Positions 23,066-43,130 of a stretch of DNA of 64,000 nucleotides are shown here, one piece after another. The stretch's first letter is position 1. Each line of letters opens with the position of its first letter. Made by a program: the position numbers and the translations under genes. The notes beneath the pieces are model-generated. The model was not told where the DNA came from. It ran no database searches and worked only from the letters and a program-made list of their open reading frames with translations. This DNA comes from Strigamia acuminata (taxonomy: Eukaryota), in the NCBI GenBank assembly GCA_949358305.1, contig OX442314.1:14260001-14324000 (forward strand), read 5' to 3'.

Positions 23066-26000
23066 GTGATACTTTCGGATAAGGAGTTTACAAGTTGCTC
23101 CATTTCTTCTGCAGACATCAATCTTTTCGGGTGTGGACATTGTCGCGCCCAGTGCCCAATTTGTCCGCAATTATGGCATGGTGCATTTTCTGGAGTCAAC
23201 TTTATTTGGTTGGCCTTATTGCCGTCATCAGTGCTACTTGGAGTTGAAGTTTGTTCAGTTTTTTCTCCAATTTGCGATTTATTATTTTCTTTTTTCAAAT
23301 TGAAATCGACTGAAAATGGTTTTGGAAGGAAGGACGTATTTCCTTTCATCTGTGGCTGCAAACTCGTTTGCTGCGGTTGCCTCACCTGCATTGGAGGCTT
23401 ATATTTTGTTATTGCTGGATTATTTTTCGTGAATAACACACTAGCAGCATCCATCAATTTGTCTACTTCTTCTTCTGTATATTCGGCCAGCATTATCTGA
23501 GTATCTCCAATCGACTCACTGGATTCACCCGGGTATTGTGTCCATTTGACATTTGGTCGCATTGGTATTCGTGGCTGTGGATAAGGAGGATGTCCACTCT
23601 CTCGTTTTTTGGTGGAGGTTTCCTCTCGTAACAGCGAGAATTGAGAACGCGGGCGCATCATTTTTGCACCAGCTCGAGTGTAGTCTGACTGGTGTCGTTG
23701 TTGTTCATCTCGTGCTCTTTGTTCTTCAATTGGAATGTCTGAAGCGTACCGGTCGTCAATGTACATTTGGTGGTTTCGTATGAATTGCGATAATTTTTCG
23801 AAGGAACTGGCCATTGGTGCATCTACCATTCGCAACACTTGCTCGGAAAAAGGAGTCAGGCCATTCCTGAATTTTCTGTCTTTGTCGAAATCGCTAATAT
23901 GATATGGGAGTTGGGTAAACAAATCTTCTGTACGTCTTAAATACGTGCGAATGTCTTCTCCCAACGTCTGTTTATGATTATCCCAATATTTTATCATCAT
24001 GGCGTTGGATTCTCCATATTCCTTCATAAAAGCTTTTACAAATTCATCCCAGTGTGTGAAATTATTTTTTCGCAACCAATTTGTTGCACTTCCAACCAGC
24101 ATTTTCGGAATTAATTTTTTCAAAGTTACGTCTGGGTCCATCTCGTGATTTATAACTAGATGCATAACTTCATCCAGAAATTGGGTACCAGCCTGCCAAC
24201 CTCCATCAAACATATCGGGAGTAATTCGGTCCCATTTGATTTGATGAGATGGGGTGTAATGGTGAGTCCAATTGCTTGAACAATATTTTCGAATTAGTTT
24301 TCTTAACATTTCCTCCATTTCCTGAGATTTCGAGGGGATTTGAGATAGTCGCGAATCGATCTGTCTTGAGATAATTTCTTCCAATTCCTCCGTGCTTCTT
24401 GGTAAAGTGCGTGGGTTAGTTGGCGGTGGATCTCTATCGTCTTGTCGAAAATATCCTCCACGTCTCCTTTCCTCACGTGATCTGGAAAAATCAGAGTCCC
24501 GCTGTCGGAAATGATCCGAATTTGAGTATTTTTGATCATTTTCGTACTCTTTTTGCTGTGTTGGTGGCGGACTCGACCGTGATCTTCTCTGGTCTCTATA
24601 TGAATCGTCACGACGTCTATTCGAGTCGTCGTATCGTCCACGTGAATCATCACGTCGCCTCTGTGAATCGTCGTATTGTCCACGTGAATCATCACGTCGC
24701 CCCTCCGAATAGTCACGTCGTCGGTACGAATTATCGTGTCGATCCTGTGAGTTGTCACGACGTCCTTGTGATTCTCTTTGGGTATAACCCTCATACCAAT
24801 AGGAGCCCCTTTGCTGTCGTGATTCGTCTTGATAATCAGATCGTTGACTTGAATTATTTCTTTCCATCGACTCATTTCGATTTAAATTGTGCTGTCCTGT
24901 TGCTTCGTAATTACGTTGTTGACGCGTTTCGTTGTTGAAGCAAGCAGCACCTTGTTGGTCCGTTTCTTGTTGATAACGCGACTCATTTCGCGGCTCTCTT
25001 TCATATTGTGATCGTGTCTCGTTGGAAAATCGTACTTCAGTGTGCGTGTGAATTCCTTGTTGATTACACGACTCATTTCGTGGATCTACATTTTCCGGTT
25101 GCTGGGAATATTCGCCTTGTAGATAATCATTGTAATCCCTAACTTTCGTATAACTGGCTTGTCCAGTTGCTTCATCATGTCCAGTCGCAGCATTTTGGTT
25201 GCTGCTTTTATCTTGCTCTGGAACTTCTTGATCGTGTTGAAACTTTTGTTTTTCATTTTCGCGACTTATTTCGCGTTGCCTATCTCTTTCATTAGCTGCT
25301 GACAAGTGTTCAACTGCTTCTTCCAACGTATATTTACGATGGTAACAAGGATCGTTCTCATTTATTGGTTTTTCTGTGTAAACGTCAAATGATTTTCCTT
25401 CATTTTTTGTAGAAGATACTCTGACATTTTCAGTTTCCATCTTTTTGGGCTTATCCCAAATCTGCGGGTCTGCTGGATCTAATCCTGTCACTTTACCTTG
25501 TTTTTTGTCTGCTGCAGCTGATTGATTTGTTAGATGCTGACGATTTCTTCGATCAATTATGTCCAATACGTTTGGATTTTTGGCTGGTGACATAGAAGCA
25601 CGTTTGGAGTCTCTTTTTTCATCCATTTCACCTTTCCTTTTTAAAGAGTTCCTAGACGATTCTGGTGATAAATTCACTACTTCAGGTCGGCGAGGTGGAA
25701 TGTTGCTCGGCACTTGATACTGACATTGTGCGAGATATTTTAGTTCTTCATTTTCTCGGCGGACTCTTTCCGCGGCTTCTTGTGCTTCAAGAGCAGCTTG
25801 ACGAAGGTAATGGATTTCCCTGCTCTCCGCCGACTCCATGGCCTTTTGCTTTGCCAGCAATTCTTGCTTTTCGGTTTCCAAACGGACTTTTTCCGCTTCT
25901 ATCTTCCGATTTTCTTCAAGAATTGCCTCTCGCTCCGCCGCCGCTTGCGCTTTTCGTTGTGCACGTAATTCTTTTTGCTCCGTTTCCTGACGGAGTTTTT

Positions 26001-26820
26001 CCGCTGCCAATTTGTTCCTCATCGTGCGCATTTCTGCTTCGAGTCGGTCTTTGGTAGCACGAATTTCTGCGTCCAATTGATCTTTCTTTGCGCGAATATC
26101 TTCATCTGTTGTTTTCTTGGCCAATTCTGCCTCGAATTTCGCTTGTTTGGCGTGGCGTTCCTCTAACTTGAGCCGTTTCAACATCTGGAATTCTTCGGAA
26201 TGTGCCAGTTGCAGTCGCCTTGCTCGATCGGCCATTGCTGCCGTTATTTGTGCCACGTCTTCATCAGAAAGCTGCACACCTTCCTCATACTGCTGGTGAC
26301 GCTCCTGGAGACTGTCTTCCATCTCTTTCATGACATCTGCGATGCGTTGGCGAGCTCTCGCTAATTTATGGCGGGTTGGGGAGTTTTCTCCTGAACTTTC
26401 CGCCTCATCGCGGGCACGTCCTGACGCTTGCTGCTTGTAGGCTCGCACTAGTCGACCACGCTTCCTTGCTACAGCGATGACTTGCTCCAACGTCATGTGA
26501 GAAAGGTCTATTTTGCTTGTTGGAGTCGAATCCACCGTGGCTGGCGTGTCGCCATGTTGCGACGAAGCTCCTGAGATACTTGATTTTCCAAGCAAATCTT
26601 GGGACTCCTCTCTCGTTTGTTTTAGCCAAAATTCTCCCTGCCGTTCAGGCGATACTTCCAGACGAAATTCCTTGCTCGTCATAGCCTGGGTGTCATCTGC
26701 ATGGTCCGACTCGGATGATGATGAAGGATGCACATTGGCTGCTCCTGTGGTCCTTCCGCCTCGTGTGCGAGGTCCGCGGCCGTTTCCCCGTCCTCTCCTC
26801 GAATCTTGTGGCTGCGACAT
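23038..26820 (-). CDS. gag: Gag polyprotein, 1260 aa
   Basis: First ORF after the PBS. Capsid-like segment (LVGSATNWL...WDEFVKAFMKEY...KQTLGEDIRTY), C-terminal CCHC knuckle CHNCGQIGHWARQC, and a long coiled-coil and low-complexity N-terminal part. Confidence 0.92.
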   Translation of the reverse strand: MSQPQDSRRGRGNGRGPRTRGGRTTGAANVHPSSSSESDHADDTQAMTSKEFRLEVSPERQGEFWLKQTREESQDLLGKSSISGASSQHGDTPATVDSTPTSKIDLSHMTLEQVIAVARKRGRLVRAYKQQASGRARDEAESSGENSPTRHKLARARQRIADVMKEMEDSLQERHQQYEEGVQLSDEDVAQITAAMADRARRLQLAHSEEFQMLKRLKLEERHAKQAKFEAELAKKTTDEDIRAKKDQLDAEIRATKDRLEAEMRTMRNKLAAEKLRQETEQKELRAQRKAQAAAEREAILEENRKIEAEKVRLETEKQELLAKQKAMESAESREIHYLRQAALEAQEAAERVRRENEELKYLAQCQYQVPSNIPPRRPEVVNLSPESSRNSLKRKGEMDEKRDSKRASMSPAKNPNVLDIIDRRNRQHLTNQSAAADKKQGKVTGLDPADPQIWDKPKKMETENVRVSSTKNEGKSFDVYTEKPINENDPCYHRKYTLEEAVEHLSAANERDRQREISRENEKQKFQHDQEVPEQDKSSNQNAATGHDEATGQASYTKVRDYNDYLQGEYSQQPENVDPRNESCNQQGIHTHTEVRFSNETRSQYEREPRNESRYQQETDQQGAACFNNETRQQRNYEATGQHNLNRNESMERNNSSQRSDYQDESRQQRGSYWYEGYTQRESQGRRDNSQDRHDNSYRRRDYSEGRRDDSRGQYDDSQRRRDDSRGRYDDSNRRRDDSYRDQRRSRSSPPPTQQKEYENDQKYSNSDHFRQRDSDFSRSREERRRGGYFRQDDRDPPPTNPRTLPRSTEELEEIISRQIDSRLSQIPSKSQEMEEMLRKLIRKYCSSNWTHHYTPSHQIKWDRITPDMFDGGWQAGTQFLDEVMHLVINHEMDPDVTLKKLIPKMLVGSATNWLRKNNFTHWDEFVKAFMKEYGESNAMMIKYWDNHKQTLGEDIRTYLRRTEDLFTQLPYHISDFDKDRKFRNGLTPFSEQVLRMVDAPMASSFEKLSQFIRNHQMYIDDRYASDIPIEEQRARDEQQRHQSDYTRAGAKMMRPRSQFSLLREETSTKKRESGHPPYPQPRIPMRPNVKWTQYPGESSESIGDTQIMLAEYTEEEVDKLMDAASVLFTKNNPAITKYKPPMQVRQPQQTSLQPQMKGNTSFLPKPFSVDFNLKKENNKSQIGEKTEQTSTPSSTDDGNKANQIKLTPENAPCHNCGQIGHWARQCPHPKRLMSAEEMEQLVNSLSESITKNLNARAQ

Positions 26821-26930
26821 CTCGTTTTAGTCACAGAAAAGAAGAAAGAAACAGAATACTCTATCACAAAATAACTTTTATCACACAAAATTGGTCCCTC
26901 AACTGAAGATAAGTTGTTAAGGTTCAAATA

Positions 26931-26941
26931 ACGGGCCCCCA
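26931..26941 (-). other. Primer binding site, probably tRNA-Pro
   Basis: TGGGGGCCCGT begins 2 nt inside the 5' LTR boundary; one mismatch to the usual tRNA-Pro PBS TGGGGGCTCGT. Confidence 0.7.
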
Positions 26942-26943
26942 AG

Positions 26944-27948
26944 TGTAATGAGCTCAAATTACTGTGAAGAATATTAACAATAAAACTAAACTCATTGATG
27001 CCGTGCCAGGACTTATACAAATACTTCTCAAAATAACTTAATATTAACTCAAATGATAGGAGAAATAATGACTCAATTATTTCTCAATTAACAGACGATT
27101 TATTCAAACTTAGAATAAACACTAAATCGAATACAAGATATTATTTTGTGATAAACGGATAAATTAAATGACTGAAGAAATAATTTACTAAAAGAAATAT
27201 AATTAAAAGCAAAGGAAAATGATAAAGAATCCAGTCGATTCGACGACTCCACTTCTCGGGAACGCCGAACGCTTGGATTCGCTTCACTCGACGCTCGGCT
27301 CGGCCTCGACGTTTCTTCAACACGGACTCAATTCCGTTCCAACTACTTCCTCGTGACTCGTTCGGGCTCAATCCCGCTCTCGTCGTCCTCTCCAGGTCGC
27401 AACGTCGTCGTCGCGGCGTCGTTGCGGCTGATTCCGCACAACAATCTCTCACACTCGCGCTCACTTCGCTTCGTCGCGAGTGAGAAGTCTCAGTCCAACA
27501 ATGGCTGTTGGCCAAGAATAGAAATCCCTCCAAACAATACTTGTTTGGCAAGATAAAAATCCCACTGTCACTAACTGAAGTAACAGCAAGAAATATCTCA
27601 CAAATCGCTCTGGCAATCTGCAAGAATGAGTCCAAATACTCTGACAATCTTTCACTAAATCGGCTTGTAGAATGGTGTTTTCTCAGGAAGATTTTGGTGA
27701 CTGGTTGCTCTCAAAGTAGGTTTCAAACTGAGGAGTTTTTCTGCTCCTCACAGGAAGTGTTTCCTGCTCCGGGAGGTTGCGGGCTGGTTTCCTTGGCGAC
27801 CACCCACAATTCCTCCCACCCTGCCTAACTCCCTTTATCTAGACAGGAAATCATAAAAAATATAAAATAAAATAAAACAATCTCCAATTTAATATTTTAT
27901 TTCGGGCTCATTCCCGACACTTCATTAGTGACCACTAGGGTCACTACA
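26944..27948 (-). repeat. 5' LTR
   Basis: 1005-bp direct repeat of 13022-14026, adjacent to the PBS. Confidence 0.97.
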
Positions 27949-30309
27949 ACTGGACTGAACAACAATGTCAAGGAGGACTTGGCTTTACAAAATCAACACC
28001 AGTTGAATTTATTTTTAGTGCCGCAGAAAAAAAAAATTATTAAATTTTCTCCACTATATTTCAATTATATTTTTATTCTCTGGGTTTGTGATGATGCAAT
28101 AAAATCACGTGTTTCATTTAGAGCAATCATCTCGCAATCTGTCAAAAGACATGGTGTGGTGTCAACCCGATTATGCAATCACATTTCGAACAAAATGCTT
28201 CTTTTATGTTCCCCAGTCGAGATCACATTGCATTACATCTTCTAAATTATTCTGCCTTCATTATTTATCACTTAGCAAGCGCTTACCAATTATTTAACAG
28301 GAAGAAATCTCAAATAAATGCGTGAACTGAGACGTAAACTTTAACAGCGTAATGATAATGAGAACAAATTAAAGAAAGTTAGCAAATACATTTAACTCGT
28401 TTTTGTAAAACCCATAATTTCATGGCACAACTTCTCCACCGCTTCTTGCACTTGTAATTTTATTGATTCAAAGGCTCTCCAACACTTGGAAAATGAGGAA
28501 AAAAAATCATTATGCTACAGTATCAGCTCAAAGCCCCTATATTTTATCGGAGTAAATATTTATTAAACTTACGAAACGACAATAAATTCAGGACTTAGTG
28601 TTGTTGCCTGGAAAAAGATATATTGCGAATTTTTGCGTCGATGCGATCGCAGTTTATTAACCACCTAGTGTAGATTAGGTGAATGAACCTTATTTTTTCC
28701 TTAATATTGAATTAATATTTGATTAAAATTTATCAAATTAGCTTTTTCGGCTAGATTAAAATCATTTCCTTTAATAATAGTTGTTGGAAAAGTCAACTCA
28801 TCATTATTCGTGCAGTTTTGCAAGTGTGGGTGGAAACCTTGTTGGCAATCGATTTAACGTGTGTAAAAAAAGACGACAAAAAAATGATTACCTTTCGACC
28901 CAATTTTAACTTAGTTTCCAGTTTCTGATCAATTTTTTGTTTTTAAAAATTCGGGGAAAAATCAAACATGTAACTTGTTCTCAATTTAACCAATTATTTT
29001 AATTATACACATTATTTTTAAATTTTTAATCCGGATTTTTGCGGCAAAAAAGGTTCTGACAGAAATGTCATCTTTTCTTTCTTTCCTTCCTTCTTTCCAT
29101 TTACGTCATCTGCCGTGTTTGAATCTCATCAAGCAGCAGACTCGGTTTGACCTTTGCCATCTTGCCTGTGGCGACTGCACCTGCGTTGAGTCATTTTATG
29201 CTTTTTTCTCACGGCAAACGATTTCCAAAGGGATTTCCTGGAATGCGCTAATCATTCATTTATTAGAAATTTATTAACTTATCGGAGATAATTATGGCTT
29301 CCTTCTGAAATTCTATCACCTGAAAAAACCCGCCAAGCGTTTCCAAGCTGCACACAACTTGCTCGTACTGTAGTCCAGTGAATTTAAGCGTGAGAAAGTT
29401 GTTGACTCGTGTTTACATTGATATAGGAAGAAGGAGAAGTTAGGAAATCGATAAACAATGTGAAAATATTTGAGGAAGTGGAAAACCATCACGCTAAATT
29501 ACTTCATTTTTATCTCACACACAAGTCTTATGAGAAACACTATTAAAGTGGATTTCAGGCCAGCCAATGAGCCAACACATGCAAGTTTATCATGCAATGC
29601 AATGCCAAGAAAAAATCAATAAACTAAATAAAATTAAATAAGTAAAATCAAGTTGAGACAGTCAAAATAAAATTTTAAACGTGTATTTTTAATGTTTTTT
29701 GTTATTTATTCTGCAGTGGTCATTTTAACATTTCAACTAGGAAATTGTTTTTACTTAATCTTTCATCAACTTCCGTAATTTGAGGAAGTAATTTTTTCTG
29801 TCAAAATATGTAAACAAAAGGCTGTTTTTATCATTTATTATAAAATTTTTATTTAATTTTGTGCGTCAACACCCAAGCAGAGCAGACGAAGATAAATGTT
29901 TTTAAGCTTTTCACTCAAAATTGGTGTAATTGTTAACATGTGGTTAATCTCGATTTGGCCATGGGGCCGGTAGCCCCCAGAACATTCGTCCATGACTAAA
30001 TATCTAGAATCAGCTTTGCCCGTGCGGTGTGAGTCACCATGAGAGTAGGCCGACAGGTTGGTGTTTCTCGCTTGTCAAATGTTTAAAATGCGAGCCTTGA
30101 GCGAGGTTATAATGATTGCCAGCTCATCAGCGGACATGCTAATTATCAAGAAAACAATCACATTAGATAATGGAGTATAAATGGAATTAATTTGACGGAG
30201 GGAACGAAGATAATGTTAATCAAAAGTACATTTTATGCAATGCGTCAATAGTGTTAATCGGTGAATTATATTGTTTTCCAAAAATGGCCCTGTTTGGAGA
30301 CTATGATTA

Positions 30310-30435
30310 GGTATGACGTCAATGGGCGATCTCTTTAACCAATAGAACGTTGCGCTTTGGCCAAAAAGGAAGTTACTGAGCGTGCGCACAATTCTCCTTT
30401 CTTGGCTTGGAACAAGAAAGAGCCGCCATCTTGAT
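30310..30435 (+). promoter_or_regulatory. Probable par-1 promoter
   Basis: TGACGTCA (30314-30321), CCAAT (30339-30343) and YY1-like GCCGCCATCTTG (30422-30433), 400-520 bp upstream of the ATG. Confidence 0.5.
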
Positions 30436-30832
30436 TTGAACAATTAGTGGGTGCCGAGTTTGTCTCAATTTAGTTTTATAATTTTACCGGATTTGACTGT
30501 GTTTCGCCACCTTAGAGCCGAAAGATGGTCTGGAGATTAGCCGTTTCTACACTAGAAGTAAGATGTAAATAATCTGTTGACAAAAACAGGGTTATAAAAA
30601 TCGACGCGGCCAAATCATTGAGTGAACTGAGGAGCAGCAAGTGCACGTTCAGATTTATTGCGGGGCTCCTGTTTGCACATCGATAACTTGTCACTAGAAG
30701 GAATGGTGGTTTGCGTGAATTCGTAATTCGGCATTTCTATGTTGATCGAACTCCCAAAATTGGAACCAAGTGTGGGATAGTCGTTGCTAGATTCATTTTT
30801 GGGAACGAACTACGTTCATAGCAGATTTCAAG

Positions 30833-38752
<7,920 letters not shown>

Positions 38753-41129
38753 TGAGCAAATTATTCGCTGTATTTTTTTTCTCTCTCTCTCTTTTGTTTT
38801 TGTTTTTTCTTTTGTTTTTGTTTCATTTCTTTTCTCTTTTTAAAAAATTTCATTTTTTTTTTTAATTTTTTTTTGTTTGACTGCTCAGCACTAAGTTTAA
38901 CGGACCCCGTACACTGCAGTCTTCAGTGTCACAGTTTATTAACCAGTGTGTACAATTTCTTTTTTGAGTTGCAAGACTAAAAAATGTCGCAATTAAAAAT
39001 AAATAAGCAACTTAACTTGGTGAAACTACAAACGGATATGTGTGTGAATAAGTTATTTTTGTGTTGCCAAGAATATATCATTGTGGCAAGCTGAGACAAA
39101 CGTGTTGTGATAATGTTTGATAAACAGCACTGAGACAATAGCGGAGAAATGTACCCATTTACTACATAATTTCGTGTACTTGTTGTGCAAGGCATATTCG
39201 TCTCTTAGAAAGAAAGAAAGGAAAAGAAAAAAATTAAAATAAAACTTTTCTTATCAATTCAGAGCCAAAATAGTTTACAGACCTACCTGACTTCTATTAT
39301 ACTTTAGGAAAAAACAAAAATTCCCATCTTCCTAAAAATCTTCAATATTTGGTTTATTAAAGAGAAAAATAAATTCTATGTAGAAATAAATGAGGTCAAG
39401 CTTCACTGTATCTAATCCCTGTATTTTTCATACCATTTTTTTTTTTTAAAAGAAAAATGAAATTACAAGTTATTATATCGTTAGTTTGGTTCTTTTTTAT
39501 TTTTGTTTTTAAATTTTTATTTCTTTTCACCCATCGTTTGTCCATGAGTGCTCTAAGTAGGCAAGTGGAATTTGAAACCTGCATTTAGGGCCCAAATAAT
39601 TTGCCTTTAGCCTGCATCCTCACCTGCTCAAAATTGATATTTATGAATTTGAATTTTTTAAGTTAGTAATTATACTAAATTGTCATTACGTTCCTTTTCA
39701 AGCCAGTTCTACGTCCTGGCTGTCTTCCATAAGTTAGTGTTTTGATTTTTGAGTTTTTTTTTTTATTTGTTTATTTTTATTTTTTGTTTTGTTTGAATTT
39801 GATTTTTTTATTTGTAATTTAACAAGTGTATTGATATTTGGAATTGAAATTAAGTTTTCTCTAATTTCTTAGGACGTCAGTTTTAGTAGAGGATTAAATA
39901 TTGCCACACATGAAAATGCATTCTTCTAAAAGCTGCTTTAATATTGTAACGACTAAATAATTTATGCTAATTATCGTTTATGTGCTATATGATTTGCTTA
40001 ATGGTAAAATAGATTTTGGATTTTTTTTTCTTCCTCCTTTTTAAAAAAATATAATTATTGTACAGATTTTTTTTTTTTTAACTTTTAATTAATTTTTAAG
40101 TTTTCGATATATGCTTTGTATAATTTGACTGACTTTTTTGGAATGAAAAGTTGTTCATTTACTACTAACATAAATCTATTGAATTAATAAAATAGTCAGG
40201 GTGAGTTAACCGTTTTAAGTTATTATTGATAGAAAAAGAAAATTGTGAAAGGCTTAAAAATTTATTTTTGATATAGAAATGATTAAGTACACTTCATCAG
40301 ATGGAACTGAAGGACCAATCACAATAATAGAATTGAAGCTCAATTGAACTGGCTTGTGGGGAACAATTTCTAATTTGGCTTTTTGATTTACATTATATTT
40401 TTAAATCTATGCAATAATTTAATGTTTGTGAAACTCAGGAGAGGTTTCTCGTGGACATTGATCAGTTTAACATATTTTTTTGTTTGTTTGTTTTAAAATT
40501 ACGCTAGTTGTGCTTTCAAAACATGTCAAGACTGACGTTTCGAATTGTAAGAAAATATTTTTGATTAATAGAAAAAATGGTAAATGTCACAAATTAATTT
40601 TTTTCTGCAGCAATTGCTGTAATTAGGCGAAACATATTGGTTCATTTTGTAGAGACTTCCAATGCCTGTATAAAATATAGTTGCATTTGTATTTTATTGT
40701 GGTGGAAGTTTACGAGGGATTAAAATAGTCAACTTTACAATTTTTTTTTTTTTGGACAATCTTAGTTTTAATTAATGGCCTATTTAAATTTTTTGTTTGG
40801 ATAAAGGTATACATTTTTATTCATTGACTTATTGTAGGCCATTCCCATGTACATATTCTAGGTCTGATTGTACAAGACCCCATTTGTATTAAAATAATGA
40901 TAAAAAAAAATTAAAAATAAATCTCTCAATTGATTTTTCTGCTTTGAAATATTTTGAAAAGTTTGATTTACAACAGACAACACAAATTCACTTTTTTTGA
41001 AAGTGATAATTTACAGCAATTTGTTCCTTTTTTCCAATTATGTAAGAGATAAAAAGTTGGGAGTAAAAGATGAAATAAAAATTGTAAAAACTTTGCGATT
41101 TTCAAGACGTAATTTCTTTTAAACATTAT

Positions 41130-41776
41130 TCATTCAAAGTTGACACCTCGTGCCGTTTTAGGCTTCTTGCTATTAGGATTGATGAGACTCATCCCTTGTC
41201 GGTGTTGAAATTTGATGGGTCCTTTCTTTTTATGAGCTTCCAAATTCATTAATGGTTGGTCGTACAGCCCACGTTGATCGGACGGACGTTTCGTCGGTTC
41301 CCTAACTTGCTTGGTAAGTGTTTTTATTCTGTCGGCTAGATGGAAAAGGAGAGTGGATAATTCCCTAGACTTCGAATTTTCGTCGACAGGCTTTAAGGTC
41401 AGATTTATTTTATCGTCATCCGTAAATAATTTTACGTCGTTGGAACGATTTATTTGCAGTTTATCCGCATCCAGATGATTTCTAAAAATGAAATTTTGTC
41501 AAATAAGAATGAAATGCGACTACACATGGCTTTCGTTTACTTGAACTCGGAGAAATACTGCTGCATTTGAATTTTTTTAGAAGCGATCAACGATTCAAGT
41601 TCGTGTTTAGTTAAAATTAATTTCCAGACATTGTTACCGTCCGAAGCGGACAAGATCCATTCTGATTTCGATTTTTCCGTCTGCCCGCAGATGATGTAAT
41701 TGTACGAGTCGTTTTTTGTAACTGTAACAAAATTATCTAAGCAAAATTCTTTTGCCGCGTCGCAAATTGATAACAT
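41130..41776 (-). CDS. PAXX: PAXX-like NHEJ factor, 2 exons, 195 aa (intact copy)
   Basis: Exons 41776-41541 and 41481-41130 join in frame. XRCC4-family-like head (LSASDGNNVW), coiled stalk (LLFHLADRIKTL), and C-terminal GMSLINPNSKKPKTARGVNFE resembling the PAXX Ku-binding tail (GESLINPGFK...GVDF). Confidence 0.85.
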
Positions 41777-42726
41777 GTTTAAAATATATGATTCCTAGGT
41801 AAAATAAAATTGTAGATTAAAAACGTTAGGTCGCCATTTTTTGTAAGCAACTAACAGCAGCGGTTTTAAAATGCAACTTTGCTATTTTAGCAATAGAGGG
41901 AACTTAAATCGAAACTCGATCAACGTCGGAGTACTATCGTCTTGATTTAAATTTTAGAAAATGTGCTCTTCTTCGTGCGAAGTTGCTACTTATTTTAATG
42001 TTACTGAAGAGAAATTTCGAATGGAGATACAGGAAAAGGTATTTGATCGTTTTCCCACAATTGGTGTACAAAATGATTAATAATTATATTTTTTTAGCGA
42101 GAACCTGCACTGCTAAAACAAGTTGATATAGGTCCATGCGTTCATAAGTGGACATTTGATTACTTAATGAAAAATGCTGGTAACGACGAAGTGAAAGTTC
42201 GTTAGCACAATATCAGAAATGGATATCATTAATAAGAATTTTATGTATAGGTGTTTATGAACTTATTGAAGCAGGATAAAATAGCAGAAACTTTTGTTTA
42301 TATCATTACTATTCGTTGAACTCATCAGACGAGTCCATGAAAATAATCAAACCGATTGTTTTTTAGACCCAGTAAGTATGTCGGCCATTTTCAGTCCTGA
42401 AATCAATTTTGTAATATTTTATTTTATTCTTTTTTGTTAGAATGAAAAATACTATCTTCGTTCTCTCGACGATAATGCACGAAAAGATGTGACGAATATT
42501 AAATCTCAATTTCCAAATCTGGCGGACGATGTTCATATTCCTAATTTTTTTAATAGTGAGCAATTTTTCTCGAGCGTGTTTAGAATTTCGTTCCCTGGAC
42601 TTTGCTTGTGGACTCATTACGATGTAAATTTTCGTAATTTACGAATTCATCTAGATAATTACAGTGTAAGCTGTGTAGCTGTAGTCCGGACAGGTTTGCA
42701 TGGACCCGGACTCAATCAGTATAGAG

Positions 42727-43130
42727 CAGGGGTCGGCAACCTTTTGAGACGGAAGAGCCAAAAGTTAAAATTTACATAATTTCCCAGTTTTTAAAGAGCC
42801 ACTAACATTCCGACGCCGTGTTTCAGCTGCTTAGATTCAGCTAGGTTAGGTTAGTTTAGGTCAGGTTAGGTTAGTTTGTTTAGGTTAGATCAGGTTAGAT
42901 TAGTTTGTTTAGGTTAGGTCAGGTTAGGTTAGGTTTAATTAGATTAAAAAACGGCGTCGATAAAACGGGCGTCGCTAAAGTGAAGCACATTCTTCCAAAA
43001 TGCAAGGAATTCTTCCGAAATTCTTCCAGTTATATGAATGTACTTCACTTTAGCGAAGCCCGTTTTAGCGACGCCACATCTTGGAGAGCCGCACCTTGGC
43101 ATCGAAAGAGCCGCAGGTTGCCGACCCCTG
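42727..43130. mobile_element. hAT-family MITE (404 bp), nested
   Basis: Perfect TIRs CAGGGGTCGGCAACC / GGTTGCCGACCCCTG and an 8-bp TSD GTATAGAG at 42719-42726 and 43131-43138. Confidence 0.93.
42842..42935 (+). repeat. Degenerate (TTAGG)n array inside the hAT MITE
   Basis: About 18 imperfect TTAGG/TCAGG/TTAGT units. Confidence 0.85.

Larger units (their letters stand above)
13022..27948 (-). mobile_element. Full-length Ty3/Gypsy LTR retrotransposon (14,927 bp), order gag-pol-ORF3
   Basis: Two 1005-bp LTRs with TGT...ACA ends; 4-bp TSD ACTG at 13018-13021 and 27949-27952; PBS and PPT in the expected positions; Pol domain order PR-RT-RNaseH-IN. Confidence 0.97.

Noticed and set aside
24600..24770. 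Regularly spaced repeats resembling a CRISPR-like array
   Set aside because: They are in-frame coding tandem repeats of gag in a eukaryotic retroelement, with no unique spacers.
14462..26830. Many plus-strand ORFs antisense to gag, pol and ORF3
   Set aside because: Shadow ORFs of long coding regions with no independent motifs.
28120..28325. Open frame SNHLAICQKTWC...KKSQINA* after an AG, as the last exon of a TE-disrupted gene
   Set aside because: No recognisable homology, and no in-frame link to exons across the reconstructed empty site.
30060..30135. Hammerhead-like CTGATGA...GAAAC on the minus strand
   Set aside because: Stems I-III and the cleavage triplet cannot be built.
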